Position numbers and translations under genes: made by a program | Source: Candidatus Dormibacteria bacterium | GTDB taxonomy: Bacteria > Chloroflexota > Dormibacteria > Aeolococcales > Aeolococcaceae | DNA: 64,000 bases | Reading direction: 5' to 3' | Assembly (NCBI GenBank): GCA_050011555.1 | Contig: JBEKIT010000002.1 | Span: 91,419 to 155,418 of the forward strand | In this document: positions 1 through 9,375 of the stretch, piece by piece | How the letters are laid out: every line of letters starts with the position of its first letter | Numbering within the stretch: position 1 is the stretch's first letter | The notes under the pieces: model-generated | Database searches by the model: none | Seen by the model: the letters and a program-made list of their open reading frames with translations, nothing else | Told to the model about the DNA's origin: nothing

Positions 1-515
1 GTCTGCCGGCTGGCCCGCGAGAAGGGGCTCGATCGGGTGGTGCGCATCTCGCGCGGGCGTCCCGAGCTCAGATTCTTGGTGTTGGGCACCGGGCCCCTGG
101 CGGAGGAGCTGAGCCGCCGGGCCCCGGCCAACCTCCGGCTCGCCGGCCTCCTCGAGGGCGAAGCCCTCGCCGACGTCTACGCGGCGAGCAACGTCTTTCT
201 CCATCCGGCGTCGACCGAGACCTTCGGCCAGGTGATCCAGGAGGCGATGGCCTCGGGCCTCCCCGTCGTCGGCGTCCGCGCCGGGGGGGGGCCGGGTGGC
301 TGATGGAGGAGGCGCGGACGGGGATGCTGGCGGAGGCGCCGGGGGACGGCCTGGGCGCCGTCCTGGACCGGATGGTGCGCCGGTCGGACCTCGAGGTCAT
401 GGGCAGGGCGGCGCGGCGGGCGGTGGCCGGGCGCTCCTGGGCGGCCACGTTCGACGCGCTGCTCGACGACTACGCGGCGATGGCGGGGGGGTGGGACCGC
501 CGGATCGCCGCCTGA
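1..515 (+). CDS. Glycosyltransferase family 4 (GT1/GT4-like) C-terminal part. The 5' end lies outside the window. The reading frame switches inside a G9 homopolymer at 283-291, so the ORFs 37-303 and 303-515 are two halves of one gene.
   Basis: The two adjacent ORFs together give the conserved GT4 C-terminal region (EAMASGLPVV ... RTG ... GD ... RSWAATFDALLDDY). The frame change coincides with the run ccggggggggg. Confidence 0.6.
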   Translation, partial: LPAGPREGARSGGAHLARASRAQILGVGHRAPGGGAEPPGPGQPPARRPPRGRSPRRRLRGEQRLSPSGVDRDLRPGDPGGDGLGPPRRRRPRRGGAGWLMEEARTGMLAEAPGDGLGAVLDRMVRRSDLEVMGRAARRAVAGRSWAATFDALLDDYAAMAGGWDRRIAA

Positions 516-539
516 GGCCCGGGCCACGCCGCCCTCGCG

Positions 540-932
540 TCAGTGCGCAGCCGGCGCGCCCCCCTCCCCACCCCCGCCGGCAGCGGAGATGCCGTAGCGC
601 TCGCACATGGCGTCGAAGCGCCCGGCGGTGTGATCGTCCAGCAGGTCACGGTGAGCGGCGATCAGCGGGACCATCTCGCGACGGAGGCAGTCGCCACGAG
701 CCATCCATTGGTAGTAATCCCGGCCGCCGTGGTGGTAGGGGCCGTAGAGCCGGCTCCCCGGGACGGTGGAGGTCAGCCATCGGAAGAGCCGCTCGTGCCG
801 GACGTGCATCCGCAGGGTGATCTGGGGCTGGCGACCATCCCCCCCGAAGTGCCCCTCCCCTACCAGCAGGCCGAGGAGGAAGCCGATCGACAGGGCGTCG
901 GAGGGGGGGGCGGCGGGATCCTGCTCCTGCAC
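540..932 (-). CDS. Small LAGLIDADG-like protein (single-motif homing-endonuclease-like), 130 aa
   Basis: N-terminal motif SIGFLLGLLVGEGHF resembles the LAGLIDADG helix, with Glu at the catalytic position. Length and the pattern after the motif fit a single-motif, I-CreI-like homodimeric protein. There is no stronger family match. Confidence 0.35.
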   Translation of the reverse strand: MQEQDPAAPPSDALSIGFLLGLLVGEGHFGGDGRQPQITLRMHVRHERLFRWLTSTVPGSRLYGPYHHGGRDYYQWMARGDCLRREMVPLIAAHRDLLDDHTAGRFDAMCERYGISAAGGGGEGGAPAAH

Positions 933-950
933 GAGGCTTCAGCCTAGCGT

Positions 951-1125
951 GTTCCACGGGGATCATGACGGTGAAACAGCGGTGCGGGAGGCCAGTTGGC
1001 GCGGGGCGTGGGGTCGGCTCCGGGGTGGACGGCGGGCCGGCTCCGGACCGCGGAGCTCCTGGGAGCCGCCCTCGGGAGATCACCCGGCGCGTCTGGGTTT
1101 CACGGGAATCTTGACGGTGAAACAG
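951..1125. promoter_or_regulatory. Two copies of a 29-bp spaced palindrome carrying parS half-sites (GTTyCAC-N13-GTGAAACAG), at 951-979 and 1097-1125, immediately upstream of parA
   Basis: Direct inspection. Copy 2 is GTTTCAC gggaatcttgacg GTGAAACAG. Copy 1 is GTTCCAC ggggatcatgacg GTGAAACAG. The arms match the halves of the canonical parS TGTTTCAC/GTGAAACA, but are separated by 13 nt. Confidence 0.4.
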
Positions 1126-1195
1126 GCATCGACACTCCCCATCGCCCTCCCGGCCCCCGTCCGGGGCCGCACCCGCATCGCATAATCGTCAGCCA

Positions 1196-2002
1196 ATGCC
1201 GCCCCTCGTCCTCGCCGTCGCCAACCAGAAGGGGGGCGTCGGCAAGACCACCACCGTCATCAACGTCGGAGCCCACCTCGCCGAGCTGGGCCGCCGGGTG
1301 CTGATCATCGACTGCGACCCCCAGGCCAACGCGACCTCCGGGCTCGGCATTGCCCGCCGCGACATCCCGGCCAGCACCTATGACGTCCTCGTGCTCGGCC
1401 GCCCGCTCGCCGAGGCCCGCATGCACACCTCGATCCCCGGCCTGGACCTGGTCCCGTCCGACATCGCCCTGGCCGGCGCCGAGATCGAGCTGGTGGGCGT
1501 GGCCCGCCGCGAAAAGCGGCTCACCTACGCCCTCGAGGCCCTCGCCGACGACCCGCTCGACTACGTCATCCTCGACTGCCCGCCCAGCCTGGGACTGCTC
1601 ACGGTAAACGCCGTGGTCGCGGCGCAGGCCCTGCTGGTCCCCATCCAGTGCGAGTTCTACGCCCTCGAGGGTCTCGGCCTCCTCACCCACACCATCAGCC
1701 TCCTCCGGCGCGAGCTCAACCCCCACCTCCGCATCGCCGGCATCGTCCTGACCCTTCACGACGGGCGGCTGACCCTCGCCGGTCAGGTCGTCGACGAGGT
1801 GCGCAAGCGCTTCGGTGACCTGGTCCTCGAACCGGTGATCCCCCGCAACGTCCGGCTCAGCGAGGCACCCAGCTACGGCCTCCCGATCACCGCCTACGCG
1901 CCCACCTCGCGCGGCGCCGACGCCTACCGGGAGCTCGCCGCCCATCTCGACGCCCGCCTCCAGGCCGAGGCCGGGTTGGCCACCGCTCCCTCGCTCGCAT
2001 GA
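1196..2002 (+). CDS. parA: Chromosome partitioning ATPase ParA/Soj
   Basis: Deviant Walker A KGGVGKTT. Full-length ParA-like sequence. Overlaps parB by 4 nt. Confidence 0.9.
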   Translation: MPPLVLAVANQKGGVGKTTTVINVGAHLAELGRRVLIIDCDPQANATSGLGIARRDIPASTYDVLVLGRPLAEARMHTSIPGLDLVPSDIALAGAEIELVGVARREKRLTYALEALADDPLDYVILDCPPSLGLLTVNAVVAAQALLVPIQCEFYALEGLGLLTHTISLLRRELNPHLRIAGIVLTLHDGRLTLAGQVVDEVRKRFGDLVLEPVIPRNVRLSEAPSYGLPITAYAPTSRGADAYRELAAHLDARLQAEAGLATAPSLA

Positions 2003-2937
2003 CCGAGGAGGACGCGCCCAGCCCGGCCCGCGGAACGACATCCCCGCGCCGTCATGGCCTTGGACGCGGCCTCGACGCACTGCTGGCGAGCAGCGATCCC
2101 GGCCGGGACATGGGGGGCGGACCGGTCCTCGTCGAGCTGGATCCCCTCCGGGTCCGCCCCAACCCGGAGCAGCCGCGCCGTGACTTCGACCCCGAGTCCC
2201 TCGCCGCTCTGGCCGCGTCGATCCGGGTGCACGGCCTCCTCCACCCGATCGTCGTCGAGCCCGCCGTCGACGGCTATCGCCTGGTGGCCGGCGAGCGCCG
2301 GCTACGGGCGGCGCGTCAGGCGGGCGTCAGCCTCATCCCGGCCGTCCTCCGCCCCGCTTCCGAGTCCGGCCGTCACGCCCTGGAGATGGCCCTCAGCGAG
2401 AACCTGCTGCGCGAGGATCTCAACCCGCTCGAGGAGGCCGCAGCCTACGCGCGCCTCGCCGATGCCTTCGGCCTCTCCCACGAGGCCATCGCGCTGCGAC
2501 TTGGCCGCAGCCGTCCCGCGGTGACCAACGCCATCCGGCTCCTCCAGCTCCCCGTGCCCCTTCAGGAGGCGGTCGCGGCCCGCACCCTGAGCCCCGGCCA
2601 TGCCCGCGCCCTGCTCTCGCTGCGCGACGAGGCCGAGATGCTCCGGCTCGGCCGGCGGGTGGCCGACGAGGAGCTCACCGTGCGCGCCACCGAGCGGCTC
2701 GTCCAGGAGCGCACCGCAGCGGCCGCCCCCGTCGCGGTGGCCGGCGTGGCCGCGGGCCGCGAGGCCACGGGCCGGCTCTCCCCCGACGACGAGCAGCTGC
2801 GCCGTGGCTTCGAGCAGGCACTCGGCCTGCCGGTGGTCCTCCAGCGCCGGCGTCGTGGTGGCCGGGTGATCATCGACTTCGACGACGACCAGGACCTCGA
2901 CGCGCTATACCGGCGGGTGGGGGGCCCGCCGCTCTAG
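1999..2937 (+). CDS. parB: Chromosome partitioning protein ParB (Spo0J)
   Basis: ParB box GERRLRAA, HTH region, C-terminal dimerisation region. Confidence 0.9.
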   Translation: MTEEDAPSPARGTTSPRRHGLGRGLDALLASSDPGRDMGGGPVLVELDPLRVRPNPEQPRRDFDPESLAALAASIRVHGLLHPIVVEPAVDGYRLVAGERRLRAARQAGVSLIPAVLRPASESGRHALEMALSENLLREDLNPLEEAAAYARLADAFGLSHEAIALRLGRSRPAVTNAIRLLQLPVPLQEAVAARTLSPGHARALLSLRDEAEMLRLGRRVADEELTVRATERLVQERTAAAAPVAVAGVAAGREATGRLSPDDEQLRRGFEQALGLPVVLQRRRRGGRVIIDFDDDQDLDALYRRVGGPPL

Positions 2938-2981
2938 CGCCTTCCGCTCTGCCGCCGCCGGCGCTGGATCGAGGGCGTCCG

Positions 2982-3608
2982 TCAGCCGACCGGGCGGTCC
3001 TCCTTCCCGGTGAGCCGGGCCTCGCAGGTGGCGACATTCAGGTTGCTCATGAAGGCCTCGATATACTTCGGCCGCTCCGCGGGCTTGTAGTCGAGCAGGA
3101 ACGCGTGCTCCCAGACGTCCATCACCACCACCGGCTTGAAGCCGGCGATGTTCCCGTCCTGGTGCAGCGTTATCCACTGGTTCGACAGCCGCCCGGTCGC
3201 CGTGTCGAGGTAGGTCACGGCCCAGCCGACCCCCCGCATCCCCCCGATCGCAGTGAAGTCGCGCTTCCAGGTCTCGATGTCGCCGAAGGACTCGCCGATG
3301 GCCCGGCCCAGCGGCGAGGAGCTGGAGATCCCCGCGCCCGCGTCGCGGGCCAGGTTCCCGAAGTACCACTCGTGGAGGACCATCCCGTTGTACTCGAACG
3401 GGAGCCGCCGGGTCAGCTCATGGTAGGTGGGGGTCGCCACCTGACCCTTGCCGGCAAGCTCCACGAGCTGCTCGGTCAGCAGGTTCGTGTTCTTGACATA
3501 TCCGGCATAAAGTCCGAAGTGGATCTCCAGGGTGTGGTCCGAGATCCCGTGCAGTCCGCTGAGCGGGAACTCCTTGGCCTTGTAAGGGGAAAGGGTCAGG
3601 AGAGCCAT
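2982..3608 (-). CDS. sodA: Fe/Mn superoxide dismutase, 208 aa (C-terminal part of the long artefactual ORF 2982-4742)
   Basis: Conserved SOD motifs (HHxxHH-type N-terminus, DVWEHAYY-like DVWEHAFLLDY). ATG at 3606-3608. Confidence 0.9.
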   Translation of the reverse strand: MALLTLSPYKAKEFPLSGLHGISDHTLEIHFGLYAGYVKNTNLLTEQLVELAGKGQVATPTYHELTRRLPFEYNGMVLHEWYFGNLARDAGAGISSSSPLGRAIGESFGDIETWKRDFTAIGGMRGVGWAVTYLDTATGRLSNQWITLHQDGNIAGFKPVVVMDVWEHAFLLDYKPAERPKYIEAFMSNLNVATCEARLTGKEDRPVG

Positions 3609-3839
3609 CTGCTTCCTCCGCCTGGGTGTCCGCCGGGGCCGGTGGGCCGGCCGCTGAGGGATCCATTGTCGCAGCTTGGGGGGTCGCCCGAAGCCGGCTG
3701 CGGCTGGCGCGGGGCCGGCCGGCCTACGCCCACCCGGGCCCGGCGGCGGCGGCCGCGCTCCGGCGGGGTGGGGATGCGGTGCCGTCCGTATAATCGGGCG
3801 CCAGGCGGCGCGAGGCGCGCGCCCCCTCAACCCGCTCCC

Positions 3840-4733
3840 GTGCCCACCCGCGGCGAGCGGGCGCCCATCCGTCCACCTCACCTCGCCGCGCCGGCTCGCC
3901 GGTGGCGGCCTCCTCGGAGGGCCGGTCCCGTCAGCAGCAGCAGCCTGGAGCAGCCCCCCGAGGCTCCCGCCCCCGTCGAGGCCCTCCCCCAGCCCCCTCA
4001 GCTCCGGGCGCGGAGCACCTGGGTCCGGGACCTCCTCGAGATCCTGCTGGTGGCCGTCGTCCTCTACGCGCTCATCTGGACTTGCATCGAGACCGTCCGG
4101 GTGGACGGCGACAGCATGCAGAACACCCTCCAGAACGGCGACTTCCTGATCGCCAGCAAGATCTCCTACGTCGTCGGCAACCCGGCCCGCGGCGACATCG
4201 TCATCCTGGAGCCACCCCACACCTGCGACGCCACGTCGGCCGACTACATCAAGCGAGTGGTCGGCTTGCCCGGCGACAACATCGAGATCGACGCGCAGAC
4301 CAATCCCACCGCGCTGCTGGTGCAGCCGGGCGGCACCGGGACCTGGGACCGGGTCGAGGAGCCCTACCTCCCCGACGACTGGGAGCAGGGTCCCGACTTC
4401 TCCGCCCCGGGCACCGTCAACGCCGTCGACCGCATCCTCCACATCCCCGCCGGGGAGTACTTCGTGATGGGGGACAACCGCAACGAGTCCTGCGACTCCC
4501 GCTACTTCGGGCTGGTCTCGCGGAGCCGGATCGTGGCCAAGGCCATCCTCCGGATCTGGCCGCTGAGCAGCTTCGGAGGCCTCGGCCCCGGGCCCACCCT
4601 GATCACCACCGCGGCACCCGGCCCCGCGCCGCTGACCGGGTTCGGCGGGCTGCTCGTCGTGGCGCCGCTCCGGCGCCGCCGCGTCGCCGGCGAGCTGGCC
4701 CGGCTGAGCCGCCTGGAGCCCCCGACCGGCTGA
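3840..4733 (+). CDS. lepB: Signal peptidase I (S26 family), start uncertain. GTG at 3840 is proposed. A TATAAT hexamer lies at 3789-3794.
   Basis: TM helix, then the GDSM catalytic Ser box, the KRVVGLPGD box and GDNRNESCDSRYFG. Confidence 0.8.
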   Translation: MPTRGERAPIRPPHLAAPARRWRPPRRAGPVSSSSLEQPPEAPAPVEALPQPPQLRARSTWVRDLLEILLVAVVLYALIWTCIETVRVDGDSMQNTLQNGDFLIASKISYVVGNPARGDIVILEPPHTCDATSADYIKRVVGLPGDNIEIDAQTNPTALLVQPGGTGTWDRVEEPYLPDDWEQGPDFSAPGTVNAVDRILHIPAGEYFVMGDNRNESCDSRYFGLVSRSRIVAKAILRIWPLSSFGGLGPGPTLITTAAPGPAPLTGFGGLLVVAPLRRRRVAGELARLSRLEPPTG

Positions 4734-4760
4734 GCCCGGCACCGCCGACCGGGCGATCGC

Positions 4761-5220
4761 TCACCCGCCGAGCGTCCACTCCGCGACGGCGCTCCCCCAG
4801 CTCACCAGCTCCTTGGTGTGGAAGAAGAGGCCGATCTCGACCTCGGCCCGCGCCGGGGAGTCGCTGCCGTGGACGATGTTGGTCCCGATCGAGACGGCGA
4901 GGTCGCCCCTGATGGTGCCCGGCGCCGACGCCGCCGGGTTGGTCGCGCCCATGGTGGAGCGGACCAGGGCCACCGCGTCCGGCCCCTCCCAGACCATGGC
5001 CACCACCGGTGCCGAGGTGATGAAGCGGACGAGCCCGGGGTAGAAGGGCTTGCCCACGTGCTCGGCGTAGTGACGCGCCGCCAGGTCCTCGTCGATCACC
5101 ATCAGCTTGAGCCCGACGAGATGCAGCCCCCGGCGCTCGAGCCGGGCGACGACCTCGCCGATGAGGCCACGCTGGACCCCGTCGGGTTTCACCAGGACGA
5201 GCGTGCGTTCCGCGGTCATG
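4761..5220 (-). CDS. ndk: Nucleoside diphosphate kinase
   Basis: [11 protein letters not shown], the NIVHGSDS active-site His region, about 150 aa. ATG near 5220. Confidence 0.9.
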
Positions 5221-5292
5221 GGTCCTCTCGTTCCACTCCTTGATCCTTCCGACGAAAATCCACCCGGGCACGGCCGGGCGCGGTGAGCCGGC

Positions 5293-6573
5293 TCACGACG
5301 CGCTGGCGAGGGCGCGCTCGAAACGCTCCGGCTTGGCGAAGGGCCCGATGACGGCGGCGCGGAGGCCCCCACTGCAGATCGCCCCGGCCATCGCCCGAAT
5401 CTCCTCCGCGGTCACCGCCTCGAGGGCGGCGATCACGTCGCTGGCGACCAGCACCTCGCCGGCCAGCAGCTCCTGCTGGCCCAGGAACTGGCTCATCGCC
5501 CCGGTCCCCTCCAGGTGGAGGAGGAGCCGGCCCTGGGCGTACTCCTTCGCCCGCGCGAGCTCGTCCGGCTCCACCACCGTGGTCGCCAGGCGGGCGAGCT
5601 CCTCCACCGCGACCCGCACCGCCTCGGCGGCACGCCGGGGTTCGCAGCCCAGGTAGATGCCGAGGCAGCCGCTGTCCCGCAGCTTGGCGACGAACGAATG
5701 GACGTCGTAGGCCAGGGCACGCTCCTCGCGCAGCTCCTGGAAGAGCCGGCTGGACATCCCCTCCCCGAGCACGACGTTGAGCAGATCGAGGACGGAGCGG
5801 CGGGGGTCAAGGTAGGAGCAGGCGTATCCCCCCAGGATGATGTTGGCCTGCTCGGTGCGCTTGTTCACCAGGCGGAGAGCGCTGCCGTGGCTCTCGGCGG
5901 CGGGGGCGGGCGGCGCATCAGCCGCCGCTCCGACCCTGCCCACCGCGCGCTCCAGCAGCTCGAGCGCCTGGGCGGGATCGACGGCCCCGGCCATGCTGAC
6001 CACCAGACGGGCCGGCCGGTAATGGCGGTCGAGGTGCCGGCGGCAGGCCTCGCCGTCGAAGCTCTGCACCGTCTCCTCGGTGCCGGCCACGTCCCATCCC
6101 AGCGGCTGGTCGGGGTACATCACCTCGTCGAAGAGGGTGCCGACGTGCTCCTGCGGGTTGTCCAGGCACATCCGCAGCTCCTCGATCACCACCTGGCGCT
6201 CCTTGGCCACCTCGGCCCCGTCCAGGACGGGATCGAAGACCATGCCCCCGAGCACCTCGCAGGCCAGCTCCAGGTGCTCGGCCGGCACCTTGGTGTAGAA
6301 GACGGTCGCCTCCTTGTCGGTGGCGGCGTTGATGGATCCGCCCACGCTCTCGATCGCCTCCGAGATGGCCCGGGCGGTGGGGAACCGCCCGCCCCCCTTG
6401 AACACCACGTGCTCGATGAAGTGGCTGAGCCCAGCGCTCGGCGCGTCCTCGTGGCGCGATCCCACAGAGAACATGAAGGCGACCGCCGCCGAGCGGCGCT
6501 CCCGCATCGGGGCGGCGATCAGCCGCGCGCCGGTGGGCAGGCGGTGCAGCGCGTAGGTCGGGTCGGCGCTCAT
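5293..6573 (-). CDS. M16 (insulinase/pitrilysin) family zinc peptidase
   Basis: Inverted zinc motif [10 protein letters not shown], with the downstream conserved Glu region. Confidence 0.85.
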   Translation of the reverse strand: MSADPTYALHRLPTGARLIAAPMRERRSAAVAFMFSVGSRHEDAPSAGLSHFIEHVVFKGGGRFPTARAISEAIESVGGSINAATDKEATVFYTKVPAEHLELACEVLGGMVFDPVLDGAEVAKERQVVIEELRMCLDNPQEHVGTLFDEVMYPDQPLGWDVAGTEETVQSFDGEACRRHLDRHYRPARLVVSMAGAVDPAQALELLERAVGRVGAAADAPPAPAAESHGSALRLVNKRTEQANIILGGYACSYLDPRRSVLDLLNVVLGEGMSSRLFQELREERALAYDVHSFVAKLRDSGCLGIYLGCEPRRAAEAVRVAVEELARLATTVVEPDELARAKEYAQGRLLLHLEGTGAMSQFLGQQELLAGEVLVASDVIAALEAVTAEEIRAMAGAICSGGLRAAVIGPFAKPERFERALASAS

Positions 6574-6655
6574 GAGTCCCGCGAGTGTAGGCGCTCCCGC
6601 CGGTCCAACTCCACCGGGAGCCCCCCGAGCGGCCGCCGGCTCCGCGCCGGCCTCG

Positions 6656-7462
6656 CTACCCGCGCTCCCAGCGCGACGGCCGCCGGTCTCGCGCCGGGCC
6701 GGCGTCGCCGAACGCCCTGCCCCGCTGGGGTGGCCGGCCCAGCCGATCGGGCAGCTCGGGCAGGTCGGGCTGCGCCGGGCCGGTCGCGTGGATCACCACC
6801 CGCCTCGCCGGCTCCTTGCCGGTGCTCTCGGTGCGAACGCCCTCGTCATCCGCCAGGGTGAGGTGGATGGTGCGGCGCTCGTAGGCGTGCATCGGGTCGA
6901 GCGTATAGCGCTGACCGGTGCGCTTCACCCGGTTGGCGAGCCGCAGGGCCAGCTCGCGGACCTGCTCCTCGCGGCGGGCACGGTAGCGCTCGACATCGAG
7001 GATGACCCGGCGTCCCGACGCCTGCTCGGCATCTCCCATCATGAGGTTGACGACGGTCTGAAGCGCCCGGAGGGTCTCCCCCCGCCATCCGATCAGCAGC
7101 CCCAGGTCGTCGCCCGAGATGTCGAGGAGCGGGGGCGCCGGCGCCCCGCCCGGGGTGGCCGCGGCGCGGCGGGCGGCGATGCGCGCAGCGATGCCCATCC
7201 GCTCGAGCAGCTCGGCCAGGGTGGCCCGGGCCCGCGCGGTGTTCTCGTCGAGCTTGGCGACCCTCACCCGGGCCTCGGCCGCCGCCGACACCCGCTCGCC
7301 GGGGAGCACCCGAGCCGGGCGCGACAGCACCTCGACGGCGACGTCGGCGGCACCGGCTCCCAGCTCGGTCAGGGCGGCGGCGATGGCCTCCTCGACCGTC
7401 ACGCCGCTGGTCTCGACACTCGTCCACTCCGCCTCGGCGGCCACGGCGTCACCCTCGCTCAA
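6656..7462 (-). CDS. jag: Jag / R3H-domain RNA-binding protein (SpoIIIJ-associated). TTG start 7 nt downstream of AGGAGG.
   Basis: Jag_N-like N-terminus (VTVEEAIAAALTELG) followed by KH and R3H segments. Lies immediately downstream of yidC. Confidence 0.75.
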   Translation of the reverse strand: MSEGDAVAAEAEWTSVETSGVTVEEAIAAALTELGAGAADVAVEVLSRPARVLPGERVSAAAEARVRVAKLDENTARARATLAELLERMGIAARIAARRAAATPGGAPAPPLLDISGDDLGLLIGWRGETLRALQTVVNLMMGDAEQASGRRVILDVERYRARREEQVRELALRLANRVKRTGQRYTLDPMHAYERRTIHLTLADDEGVRTESTGKEPARRVVIHATGPAQPDLPELPDRLGRPPQRGRAFGDAGPARDRRPSRWERG

Positions 7463-7485
7463 CGTCCACCTCCTGCCGGCCCGCC

Positions 7486-8667
7486 TCAGCGGCGGCGCCG
7501 GGCCTTTCTCTGCGCCCTCGACGGAGCCCGCCCGCGGCCCGGGCCGGCGGGCGCCTGATGCACCTCCGGCGCGCCGCGACCAGACCGCCTGGCCCCATTC
7601 GACGAGGCCGGGCCCAACCCGTCTCCTCCCGTGCTCGTCGGGGTGGGGGCGGCCCCGAAGTCGCTTCGCGTGTACGAGAGCGACGTGGTGCGACCGGCTC
7701 CGGGAACCCATGACGGCACCCGCAGCCCTCCCCATCCCATCAACTGGTACTGCTGGCCGACCATGACCAGGGCGGCGGTCATCCAGTAGAGGGTGAGGCC
7801 CTGGGGCCAGATGAAGCCGAAGAAGAGGCTCATCAGGGGCATGAAGTAGACGACGGTCTTCATCGACGAGGCCATCTGACGCTCCATGTCGCTCATGTCC
7901 GGCCGCATCGGCTGCATGGTCATCTTCGACTGGATGAAGTAGGCCAGCCCGGTGAGGATCGGGAAGATGAGCAGCGCCAGGTTGGCCGGATGGCTGACCA
8001 GACGGGACCAGTCGGTCGCGCAGGCGATGGCCTGGCCATGGCTGTTGGTGAGGGGGCAGCCCGTGATCACGCTGCTGGTGGCGCTGCCGATGGCCTGCCC
8101 GATCGTCTGGGCCACGTTGTGGATCCAGAGGAAGCCGAAGTTGAAGCTCTTGGGGAGCGCGTCGAAGGTGACCCTCGATGTCCCCGTGCTGTCCATGCCG
8201 ATCACGTCCCGGATGCCCCAGTAGAGGCCGTAGAGGACCGGGAGCTGCACCAGCAGCGGCACGCAGCCGGACATCGAGCTGAACGGGCTGATCCCGTGCT
8301 CGGCGTATACCTTCTGGGACTCCTCGGAGATCTTCCTGGTCTGACCCTTGTATCGCTTGCGGATGTCGTTGAGCTGGGGCGCCACCTGCCGCTGCTCGCG
8401 CTGGATCCGCCGCTGGGTGCGCAGGTTCCAGCCCATGATCGGGAAGAGGAGGGCACGGATCACGAGGGTGGTCACCACCACCGCGAGGCCGAAGGGCCCA
8501 ATCGCCGCGAGAGGCCCGAAGCTGGCGAACGCCTTGCTCAGCGTCTCGATGAGCCACCCGATCGGGTAGCGGAGGACGCTGATCAGGAAGGCGATGTAGT
8601 CGATCGGGTTCAGGTCCACCGCACCGACCGCGTGCGGCGCGCTGGCCAGCAGGTGCGCCGCGATCAC
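7486..8667 (-). CDS. yidC: Membrane protein insertase YidC
   Basis: YidC/Oxa1 60-kDa inner-membrane protein pattern with multiple TM segments. Conserved yidD-yidC-jag order. Confidence 0.9.
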   Translation of the reverse strand: MIAAHLLASAPHAVGAVDLNPIDYIAFLISVLRYPIGWLIETLSKAFASFGPLAAIGPFGLAVVVTTLVIRALLFPIMGWNLRTQRRIQREQRQVAPQLNDIRKRYKGQTRKISEESQKVYAEHGISPFSSMSGCVPLLVQLPVLYGLYWGIRDVIGMDSTGTSRVTFDALPKSFNFGFLWIHNVAQTIGQAIGSATSSVITGCPLTNSHGQAIACATDWSRLVSHPANLALLIFPILTGLAYFIQSKMTMQPMRPDMSDMERQMASSMKTVVYFMPLMSLFFGFIWPQGLTLYWMTAALVMVGQQYQLMGWGGLRVPSWVPGAGRTTSLSYTRSDFGAAPTPTSTGGDGLGPASSNGARRSGRGAPEVHQAPAGPGRGRAPSRAQRKARRRR

Positions 8668-8951
8668 ACTGAGCTCCGGTGGGCGAGGCGAGCCTCACGG
8701 CGCCGCCGACGGGCCTCGCGCCAGGTCACGTACCTCTCCGGGACCGGATCCGGCCCGCCGGGGTAGTACGGGTGGCAGCGGGCGATCCGCCGGATCCCAA
8801 GCCACCAGCCCCGGCGCGCACCGAAGCGCTGGATGGCCTCCACCGTGTACCGCGAGCAGGTGGGCTGGTAGCGGCAGCTGCTCATCATCCCGAAGATGGG
8901 GCCGAGAGTGACCTGGTAGACCCGGATGAACCAGATGCTGACGCGGGTCAC
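8664..8951 (-). CDS. yidD: Membrane protein insertion efficiency factor YidD
   Basis: YQxxxSxxxxxxCRYxPTCSxY motif (SSCRYQPTCSRYT). 4-nt overlap with yidC. Confidence 0.85.
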   Translation of the reverse strand: MTRVSIWFIRVYQVTLGPIFGMMSSCRYQPTCSRYTVEAIQRFGARRGWWLGIRRIARCHPYYPGGPDPVPERYVTWREARRRRREARLAHRSSV

Positions 8952-9370
8952 GGCTGCCCGGCCTTCGCGCCGGCCGGCCGGCCGGGTCGCGCCTCCTTCC
9001 GGCGGTTGCCGTGGCGACTGCTCGGCGCCGGCGGGACCGGGCCGGAGGCCGCCCGGGCGAGCCCGACGGCGGCCACCGCCGCGGTCTCGACCTGCCCGCG
9101 CAGCAGCGCGAACGGGACGGTCAGGGCGCTGGCGTCGGTGCTCACGACCAGGTCGAAGCCATGGTGGGCGTCGAGCCCCCGAGCCGCCTCACGCAGCCGG
9201 CGGCGGGCCCGGTTGCGCTCGACGGCACCGGGAAGCCCGGGGACGGAGAGGCCGACGCGGGCCTCCTCCCGACCGTTGGGCGCGGCCTGGACACGCACCT
9301 GGCCGGCTCGTCCGGCGCACCGCCAGGAGCGCACCGAGGCGAAGCGCCCACGCCCAGCAAGGCTGCTGCC
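8948..9370 (-). CDS. rnpA: Ribonuclease P protein component. Start uncertain, probably GTG or TTG.
   Basis: RnpA-like basic protein, position between rpmH and yidD. Confidence 0.7.
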   Translation of the reverse strand, partial: GSSLAGRGRFASVRSWRCAGRAGQVRVQAAPNGREEARVGLSVPGLPGAVERNRARRRLREAARGLDAHHGFDLVVSTDASALTVPFALLRGQVETAAVAAVGLARAASGPVPPAPSSRHGNRRKEARPGRPAGAKAGQP

Positions 9371-9375
9371 GCCCG

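Noticed and set aside
951-1125. Canonical 16-bp parS (TGTTTCACGTGAAACA)
   Set aside because: Not present as a contiguous palindrome anywhere in the window. Only the spaced half-site version was found, reported as such.
3902-4912. 336-aa ORF overlapping lepB
   Set aside because: Alternative frame of lepB with an Arg/Pro-rich artefactual translation.
6656-8698. 680-aa ORF covering jag plus the yidC region
   Set aside because: Only 6656-7462 (Jag) is real. The remainder is an out-of-frame overlap of yidC on the same strand.
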